Shown: piece after piece, positions 30,134 through 37,316 of the stretch
Layout: every line of letters begins with the position of its first letter
How positions within the stretch are numbered: the stretch's first letter is position 1
Source: Methanoregula sp.
Lineage (GTDB): Archaea; Halobacteriota; Methanomicrobia; Methanomicrobiales; Methanospirillaceae
Assembly (NCBI GenBank): GCA_039698055.1
Contig: JBDKTL010000024.1
Location: forward strand, 1-64,000
Direction of reading: 5' to 3'
Length of the DNA stretch: 64,000 bases
The notes under the pieces: generated by a model
The model's input: the letters and a program-made list of their open reading frames with translations, nothing else
Databases searched by the model: none
Told to the model about the DNA's origin: nothing
Position numbers and translations under genes: made by a program

Positions 30134-30186
30134 TCATTAGTTTATCGGTAGAAAATACTTAATATCTTTTGATGAAAAGATGAAAA

Positions 30187-30258
30187 GGATCCATGGGGTA
30201 GAGGACATCCTCTTGGGCTTCGAACCCAAGGACGCGGGTTCGATTCCCGCTGGGTCCG
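30187..30258 (+). tRNA. tRNA-Arg(TCG)
   Basis: Acceptor GGATCCA/TGGGTCC, anticodon arm TTGGG-CTTCGAA-CCCAA, T arm GCGGG-TTCGATT-CCCGC. Confidence 0.95.
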
Positions 30259-30280
30259 TTTTTAGCGTTCTTTAAAAAAG

Positions 30281-33200
30281 TTATTCAAGTTTGATGTAAG
30301 CCTTTCCTGCGGTCCCAACCTGTGTTGCTGCGCTCGTAATCTTTTCATCGCCAACCGCATCGATGGACTGGGCAAGTACGCGGATGTAATATTCACCCGG
30401 GGGTAAATTCCGGACATCTAAATTTGCAAAGTTTGTTTGTTCTCCCGGAAGGTCAGTTAACGTATTAAACTGGACCCATGATTGCCGGTTATCGTTTGAG
30501 TAATAGATACGCTCGGTGGCAGTGAAGGCACCAGGGTAAGTGGTATTCCATTGGATTGGCATGAAGTCCTTGATCACTCCCGTCTGAATTACCTGAAGAT
30601 TTGAAATCTGGATTGCCTGCATCGTCATTCCGGTATTGTTAAGGTTTCCAACGGAAGTGACGATCGTTTTAGGAGGTTTGAGCGATGATTTGCCATCATT
30701 GAACGTGATCATTGAGCTGTTGCCAAATACATCGATATTACCGGCTATCTTTACTTTAAGCCGGAAGGTTGCTGCCCAGGTTTGATCAAGTTTAATGGTG
30801 CCAATGTTAAAATGCAAATTTTGATCGTCGTTCCAGTCAGAAGTTTGATCGGTAACATTTGTCACCCCATCCTGCCAGGTGATTTTTGTGGAGACTACAG
30901 GATTATAAATATAATCATACGCATCTGCTCCGGGAACCGATACACCGGTAATATTAACGTTATGGAATATCAGATCCATCGAAGTATTTACGCCTGCATC
31001 TTTCTGGATTTTACTTTGGATTAACAAAAATTTTTGTGTTAAGCCATTCACATCCGTGCGGAAATAGTAATCTGCCGATCCCGGCTGTTCGGGTGAACCC
31101 GCCATCCTTGTGAGCGCAACTTCATCAATCTGGTTATTCAAGGGTAAACCAACGGCATACACGGTAATTCCCTGTGCTCGCGCCCGGTTTGCTGCGTCAA
31201 CCGCCGCATTTATTGCCGTGTCACTCTCATCTTCCCAGCCAAGGTTTGACCGGGGATACCAGTCGGAAGGCCAGTAGGATTCAAGGGATCCGGGTGAAAT
31301 CGGGGCTACCATGGGGATGCCGTCACCCATTATGATGATCGACTGGCTATGACTTGGATTTGGATTCGCATTAAATACCTGAAGTGCTGCGTTGATACCT
31401 GCTGCATAATTCGTACCTCCAACCCCGTTATATTTTGAAATTGCGGTCTGGAGGGGGTGTGTACTCATTTCCTGCTGGTGAGAGGTTAAATTCTGATCTA
31501 TTGTCGCATCTGAGTTTGAATTATAATAGGTATATCCGGTAGAAATGTTCCATGGGTAATGTGCAGATCCATTAATAATGATGGCTGACGGAGATTGCGC
31601 GTGTGCGATATCCCATTTCAAGGGGTCAACCAGACACCAGTCCCAGTAGTCGCCATAAGGATTAAACAATTTCAATGACGGGGGAGCGCCCCCTCCCTGG
31701 GCAGTGTAAAGTGTTTTTGCATTATTACTGTAGGCTACGGGACTGTTCCCGAAAGATACCAGGCCAATATACGTAATATTATTCGCGTTTTGGACAAATG
31801 CCGTATCTGCGGCTTTTGTAGCGGTCAATAATGCCCCACCACCAACACCCCCGGCAAGGTCAGTGACTATCACGACATCTGCGGGTTGCCCCTGTAACGC
31901 CCACCCGTCACCTTTCATGGAAATAGTAACATCAATGGTATCATTCACCGCGATAGTAGTGGGATTTACGCTCGTCTGGACTTTTAAATACGGATAGTTT
32001 TTCCAGGACACCTGAATAGATTCTGAAACACCATTCCATGTTGCAGTAACATAACACTTCCCGGTAACGGTAGGATTGTAGTGCAGATTTGACTGATTTG
32101 TGGTAAAACCACCGGGAATGAAATTGACGGTGGCAAAACCATCTGCATCGGTAAGGGCCGAGGTATTCTCAAGGGCAGGCCCCGAGGTTATTATAGCATA
32201 CGGATCGTCGTAAATTGCAGTACCGATGCTGAATAAAACCGATTGGTTACTGACGGGGTTGCCTTTCACATCCATTACTTTTGCCCTTACTTTAGCCCTG
32301 CTGGTACCGTTTACATCAAGGCTCGGCATGGTCTCAGGGTTTACCGAGAGCACTGAACTTACGGGGGCCGTACTATAAAATTCGACATCTTTTGTGCAGG
32401 TGACAGAAGAGTTTGTAACCGATGATGCGGTTAGCGTAATAACCCCGGCAGTGCCGCGTGGACCGTAATTAAACCATACCTGGCCAAAAACATTGGAAGT
32501 CAAATACTGATCTTCACCAACAACACTGGTACGAACCCATACGGTCTGGTTGGATGCAACATTGCCATATTTATCATGGAGGGTATAGATAAACGTGAAT
32601 TTGTGATTACTTGCCATATCTGCGGGGAGAGATGCAGGACTGTCGGGTTGGATTACCTGGGTGATGGAAAAGGGGACTGCATCGGTCACACCGACAATTG
32701 ATTTATACTTGTCTGTTATTGCACCGAATGCTTTCATCCAGATAATATTTTCACCGGATACTGTATCGGTTTTCACAAGAACAGATACATTTCCCTGTGG
32801 GTCCAGTATAGGTGTGACATCTTTGACACCCCCGGTAAATACCGCGTTACCATTAACCGAACCGATATGAAGCGCAATTACATGAATTTCATTTGGATTT
32901 TTATTATCAATGGGATTGCCCCAGGCGTCGCTAAAAGATATGGCAAACGGCGTCCAGGTATCTACGGTCACTTCATTACGATAAGTGAAAACAGCAGTAT
33001 AGGGGGTGTCGTGATCGATTTTTTGGAGATATACTTTTTGAACCGAATTCACGACGCTTCCATCAAGATAGGTGAACGTTGCGGTAATATTTGCCGTGCC
33101 GCTTTTTTTCTTCGCTGTAAACGTCGTTGTTGCAAGGCCGGATCCATCTGTAAGGATAACTGACGGGGTTATGGTCCCAAAAGTGCTATTATCAACGGAA

Positions 33201-33388
33201 AAACTGACCATGACCCCGGACATTGTAGTTGATGTATTCTGGACAATGACGGTTATGGTAGAATGATCAACACCATTTGCAACAATCCAGTCTGAACTGC
33301 TGCTGATAATTGAATTGTCCGCTGCTGCCACCACCCCAGCCAGCAGGAAAAAACCGATACTTATGATAACTAATTGATGAATCTGCAT
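30281..33388 (-). CDS. Secreted Ig-like (invasin/Big-type) repeat + vWA domain protein
   Basis: Signal peptide; VANG..STITV..TDGSGLAT Ig repeats; vWA elements IGLVSF, GGTNY..GI, IIIMGDG, GITVYAVG. Confidence 0.85.
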   Translation of the reverse strand: MQIHQLVIISIGFFLLAGVVAAADNSIISSSSDWIVANGVDHSTITVIVQNTSTTMSGVMVSFSVDNSTFGTITPSVILTDGSGLATTTFTAKKKSGTANITATFTYLDGSVVNSVQKVYLQKIDHDTPYTAVFTYRNEVTVDTWTPFAISFSDAWGNPIDNKNPNEIHVIALHIGSVNGNAVFTGGVKDVTPILDPQGNVSVLVKTDTVSGENIIWMKAFGAITDKYKSIVGVTDAVPFSITQVIQPDSPASLPADMASNHKFTFIYTLHDKYGNVASNQTVWVRTSVVGEDQYLTSNVFGQVWFNYGPRGTAGVITLTASSVTNSSVTCTKDVEFYSTAPVSSVLSVNPETMPSLDVNGTSRAKVRAKVMDVKGNPVSNQSVLFSIGTAIYDDPYAIITSGPALENTSALTDADGFATVNFIPGGFTTNQSNLHYNPTVTGKCYVTATWNGVSESIQVSWKNYPYLKVQTSVNPTTIAVNDTIDVTISMKGDGWALQGQPADVVIVTDLAGGVGGGALLTATKAADTAFVQNANNITYIGLVSFGNSPVAYSNNAKTLYTAQGGGAPPSLKLFNPYGDYWDWCLVDPLKWDIAHAQSPSAIIINGSAHYPWNISTGYTYYNSNSDATIDQNLTSHQQEMSTHPLQTAISKYNGVGGTNYAAGINAALQVFNANPNPSHSQSIIIMGDGIPMVAPISPGSLESYWPSDWYPRSNLGWEDESDTAINAAVDAANRARAQGITVYAVGLPLNNQIDEVALTRMAGSPEQPGSADYYFRTDVNGLTQKFLLIQSKIQKDAGVNTSMDLIFHNVNITGVSVPGADAYDYIYNPVVSTKITWQDGVTNVTDQTSDWNDDQNLHFNIGTIKLDQTWAATFRLKVKIAGNIDVFGNSSMITFNDGKSSLKPPKTIVTSVGNLNNTGMTMQAIQISNLQVIQTGVIKDFMPIQWNTTYPGAFTATERIYYSNDNRQSWVQFNTLTDLPGEQTNFANLDVRNLPPGEYYIRVLAQSIDAVGDEKITSAATQVGTAGKAYIKLE

Positions 33389-33512
33389 ACCCCAACACCA
33401 TTATGATTGATTGCACAATCAAATATATATTGTTTTGTATTTTTTAAAAGCACTGTATTACGGCCATTTTTTAAAAATATCAGGTTTTTTAAGACAAAAA
33501 TAGGAGGATGAC

Positions 33513-34913
33513 CTAGATTTCGTTCCTTTTCATTACATGTCGTCGCCGATTCCGGTGGCCAATAATTCTGATAATGATAAACAGGAGGAGAACACCCACA
33601 ACGCCAAGTGCAATCAGCATAATAAGTCCCCAGTCAAGGTTCTTCTCAAGAGTGAGAGTAACAAGGGGCGTTGTATTTCCAAGAGAGACCTGTGTCTCAA
33701 TCGATGCCGATTGATAGCCGTCTTTGGATGCAGAAATGTTATAGGAGGTTGCATATTTTACCGGAGTAATAAACTGTCCATGAACATCGGTAATACCGAT
33801 GGTTATGCCATCCATGAAGAGGGTCGCATTCGATAGATTCTTTTGATCCTTGTCCTGCACAAAGATCGTCAGATCTACTTTCTCATACGGCAGGACAACG
33901 GAAAAATCACTGGAATCTTTCGACACCGCGATCTGCCGGGTGGTCGTTGTATATCCATCTTTTTTCACCGATATCTGATAACTGCCGGCAACGAGGTTCT
34001 GGAGACTGGCACGCCCAAACGGGTTGGTACTCGCAACTACCGTGCCATTTATCGACACATCTGCTCCATTTAAAGGCGCATTATTTTCATCGGATACAAA
34101 GACAAACGCACCAACCGGTACTTTTGTCAGCGAAATGGTAGACAATGCTTCAGTATCGCTGATCGTTTTTGATTCAGAAATTGCCTGGTACCCGTCCTTT
34201 TTAATATCAAGGGTCACCACTTTTCCACGAGTTATCGGAACGATCAGAATGCCGCGTGAATCTGTTTTTCCAACAGGAACAGAATCGATACTCACGAGAG
34301 CATCGGCCAAGGGCAACTGGGTGTCCTTATCCTTAACAATAAACGAATACCGGTTCCCTGACAGCAACCATAATTGTACGTCCTGGTTTTCATACCCGAT
34401 ATCCACGGTTCCGCTGCGAGACTGATAGTTGGGGGCGGTGATATCATAGGAATATAGAGTGGATGAGATTACCCCGAATGTTGCAGAGCCATAAGCATCG
34501 GTCTGTTTTGTCTGGGTGGTATTGTCAGCAGTTAAGTCGATGGTTGCCCCGGTTACCGGTTGAAGGGTATCTGAATCGTACAGGTTGACATTCAGGGCCA
34601 GGGTTTTTCGGGTCAGGTTCACTAAGAGGGATGTTGCATTTCGATTTACCGTCTGTGTCCAGTCATCATAACCATCCATGGTAATCCGCAGGTTGAGATC
34701 ATAGAGCCCGGAATGGGTGATTGCGAACTGGCCGTCAGCAGTTGTCCTGCCAAGGTTGGATCCGCCAAGGAATACTGTGGCATGAGAAACTGAGGTATTG
34801 TCAAGATTGTCCACTACCGTTATCTGCAGGTTCGTTGCCTGTACTGCGCTGCAGAGAAGGGTAATGCAGAGCAACGCAAAAAGGAAACGAATATAACGTT
34901 TATACATACTCAA
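33513..34913 (-). CDS. Membrane-anchored PEGA / carboxypeptidase-regulatory-like repeat protein
   Basis: Signal peptide, about five ~80-aa beta repeats (A.V.I.G..VG.TD..G..KDGY), C-terminal TM + basic tail. Confidence 0.85.
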   Translation of the reverse strand: MSMYKRYIRFLFALLCITLLCSAVQATNLQITVVDNLDNTSVSHATVFLGGSNLGRTTADGQFAITHSGLYDLNLRITMDGYDDWTQTVNRNATSLLVNLTRKTLALNVNLYDSDTLQPVTGATIDLTADNTTQTKQTDAYGSATFGVISSTLYSYDITAPNYQSRSGTVDIGYENQDVQLWLLSGNRYSFIVKDKDTQLPLADALVSIDSVPVGKTDSRGILIVPITRGKVVTLDIKKDGYQAISESKTISDTEALSTISLTKVPVGAFVFVSDENNAPLNGADVSINGTVVASTNPFGRASLQNLVAGSYQISVKKDGYTTTTRQIAVSKDSSDFSVVLPYEKVDLTIFVQDKDQKNLSNATLFMDGITIGITDVHGQFITPVKYATSYNISASKDGYQSASIETQVSLGNTTPLVTLTLEKNLDWGLIMLIALGVVGVLLLFIIIRIIGHRNRRRHVMKRNEI

Positions 34914-34947
34914 TTATCCCATCCTGTTCATATTTTAGCCCATCGGT

Positions 34948-36471
34948 TCAAATCCCATAGGTTGTGGGAACACGGTCGAGCAGCATCCCTTCAACAACTA
35001 CCGGCATGAGGCGCCGGCCTTCTTCAACGGCTTTCTGGAGCCGCCAGCTTCGTTCTGCATAAATAGTAAAGAGGGGTTCTCCTGCCCGGATGAGTTTTCC
35101 TTTCTTGGCATGAAGAAGAATACCGGCACCCCGTTCATGGGGAGCTCCTGCCAGCCGCGCAAGGGTAATAAGCGATGTGTTGTTCATCTCTATGACATAG
35201 CCGGACGCCGGTGAATTGACAACAAATTCATGATCGCCCGGATGGATGTCATCGGATTTGATATTTGGATCTCCACCTTGTATTGCGATGATCTCCCTGA
35301 ATTTTTCGAGGGCTTTTCCCTTTGTAAGAATCTCCTGGGCCAGCTGGGCACCGGTATCGCGTGCGGCTTTCCCGGACATTTCAAGGGCAATGCCGGCAAG
35401 TGAGATGCTTTTCTGGATGAACGAATTTGGTTCTGGAGAGCCTTCAAGAACCCGGAGAGCTTCACGGACTTCAAGGTTTGGCCCGATACTATGCCCCACA
35501 GGTATATCCCCATAGGTCAGCGCACATTCGACTTTGATATTAAGCCGGCCGCCCAGTTCGATGAACTCCCGGGCCAGCTTACGCCCTTCCTGCATCGACG
35601 GCACTTTTGTGTGCAGGCCAACAGGGATATCGATTACGACGAGATTGGCACCAACGGCAAATTTTTTTGCCATGACACTGGCAAGCATCTGGCCGCGGGC
35701 GTCAATCTTGAAGGGATATTCCTGGATGATGATCCGGTCGTCTGCGGGGGCAATGTTTGTCGCACCGCCCCAGACAATCACGCCGCCAATTTTTTCAGTC
35801 ATTCTCTGCACTTCGCTTGCAGAGAATTCAACTCCTGCAAGAACTTCCATAAGGTCTGCGGTTCCCCCGGCACCCGTAATGGCACGCGAGCTTGTTTTAG
35901 GTATTTTTAATCCACTTGCTGCGATGATGGGAACGACAAGGAGGGAAATTTTGTTACCGGGAACGCCACCGATGGAGTGTTTATCGACAATGGGCCGTGA
36001 AGCGAATTTGATCTGTTCGCCGGTTTCAACCATGGCGCGGGTGAGATGTTCCACTTCATCCATGTCGAGGGGATTAATATATGAGGCAGTAATAAAGGCA
36101 GTGAGTTCGGCAGGAGAAATGTCATCGTTGACGACGTCTTTGATGATGGTCAGCGTCTCATCCTTGGATAACCTGCCGCCATCCATCTTCTTTTTGATAA
36201 AATCCAGTGATGCCGGGCGCCCTGCTTCCCGCACTTCAATTCCGGCTCCATCTGCAAGGTTCAGGCGCTCGTTTGTAATCCGGTACAGTCCTGCAGTGCC
36301 CTGCCCGGCAAGAGTTGTTGTGGTGTCCACAAATGCGGTGACGGATACCCCGTTTTGCGGATTGATCACCTGCACACGGTCTCCATCCAGCACTCCAAGG
36401 TTCCGGGCGTCAAGCCGGTTGAGTAAAACACCCCGCTTTGCAATATCAAGGATTTTTGTGATGAACTTCAT
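34948..36471 (-). CDS. AMP phosphorylase
   Basis: [29 protein letters not shown]-terminal beta-barrel extension. Confidence 0.94.
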   Translation of the reverse strand: MKFITKILDIAKRGVLLNRLDARNLGVLDGDRVQVINPQNGVSVTAFVDTTTTLAGQGTAGLYRITNERLNLADGAGIEVREAGRPASLDFIKKKMDGGRLSKDETLTIIKDVVNDDISPAELTAFITASYINPLDMDEVEHLTRAMVETGEQIKFASRPIVDKHSIGGVPGNKISLLVVPIIAASGLKIPKTSSRAITGAGGTADLMEVLAGVEFSASEVQRMTEKIGGVIVWGGATNIAPADDRIIIQEYPFKIDARGQMLASVMAKKFAVGANLVVIDIPVGLHTKVPSMQEGRKLAREFIELGGRLNIKVECALTYGDIPVGHSIGPNLEVREALRVLEGSPEPNSFIQKSISLAGIALEMSGKAARDTGAQLAQEILTKGKALEKFREIIAIQGGDPNIKSDDIHPGDHEFVVNSPASGYVIEMNNTSLITLARLAGAPHERGAGILLHAKKGKLIRAGEPLFTIYAERSWRLQKAVEEGRRLMPVVVEGMLLDRVPTTYGI

Positions 36472-36869
36472 TTATCCTGCCTCCTGTTGGGACTCGGACT
36501 CTCGCACAAAGGCCTATCCTGATTATATCTACGTAGGTTGCACCATCATAAAAACCGCACCTGCGTGTGGCAATGAACAGTAAAGTAATTTTTCTCACGT
36601 GCAGGTGGAGACGGTGAGGGTGAACTTTTGCCGTACATGATCAGAGTTCCCCTGCCGGTAGTAAGCAGGAGCTCCGGTATGAAAACCGGGATGTGAGCAG
36701 GGTCATTGTTTAACCGGATTCGCCGTGAAGAGAATTTGCTGGCAGGTTCGATCCTGCAATGACCCGTGGGGGTATCCCATAAAATCCTGATGGGAGGGGG
36801 AGGGGGTACGTCCTTTTATGTTGTCAAATCACCGATCCCCACACAGGTATCAAGAGGGATCTCTCCCTG

Positions 36870-37255
36870 CCCCCCGCCAGAAATAGTTTTGGCTCAAACC
36901 CAGTGCGCCCCAAAAATATTTTTGCCTCATCACCCATCGCGACAAAAAAATTTCCGACCCAACTCAGATCGCGTCAAAAATAATTTTGTCGCAACTAAGA
37001 TCGCGCCAGAAAAAAATCCGGCGCGTGCCCGATCGGCCCGGAAAAATCTCTGTGACCCTCCAACAGACAATTGTTTACCGTCGAAACCAGCCCCCGGGAC
37101 GAGGGGGCCAACCGGGCGCCGGAAATATTTTTGCCTCACCAGCGATCGCGTCAAAAATAATTTTGTCGCAACTGAGATCGGCCCGAAAATATTTTTGGCA
37201 CGTACCGGATCGCGCCGGAAAAAAATCTGCCGCGATTGCGATCGGCCCGGATTGC
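36870..37255. repeat. Degenerate 32-bp tandem array (two blocks) of imperfect palindromes with GATCG anchors and central A/T tracts
   Basis: Unit starts 36903, 36935, 36967, 36999, 37031 and 37112, 37144, 37176, 37208, 37240; units 36967 and 37144 identical at 31/32 nt. Confidence 0.9.
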
Positions 37256-37290
37256 CGGTTAAGAGAACCTTTCCCTGCGAAAGTTACTGC

Positions 37291-37298
37291 AAAAAAAA
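37291..37298 (-). terminator. oligo-T terminator of S-layer gene
   Basis: T8 on minus strand ~20 nt past stop. Confidence 0.5.
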
Positions 37299-37316
37299 GA
37301 GAGTTTAGATTTTAGT

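Noticed and set aside
30187-34913. Integrated element at tRNA-Arg
   Set aside because: No integrase and no duplicated tRNA 3' end found
35534-36583. 349-aa + strand ORF
   Set aside because: Antisense shadow of AMP phosphorylase
36870-37255. CRISPR array interpretation of the 32-bp repeats
   Set aside because: Units are contiguous and degenerate throughout, with no constant repeat plus unique spacer and no cas genes in the window
36766-37308. 180-aa + strand ORF (and overlapping 74/109-aa ORFs) across the array
   Set aside because: The period of 32 is not a multiple of 3, so units fall in shifting frames; GTG start with poly-Gly from G-tracts; no protein-like signal, though translation is not excluded
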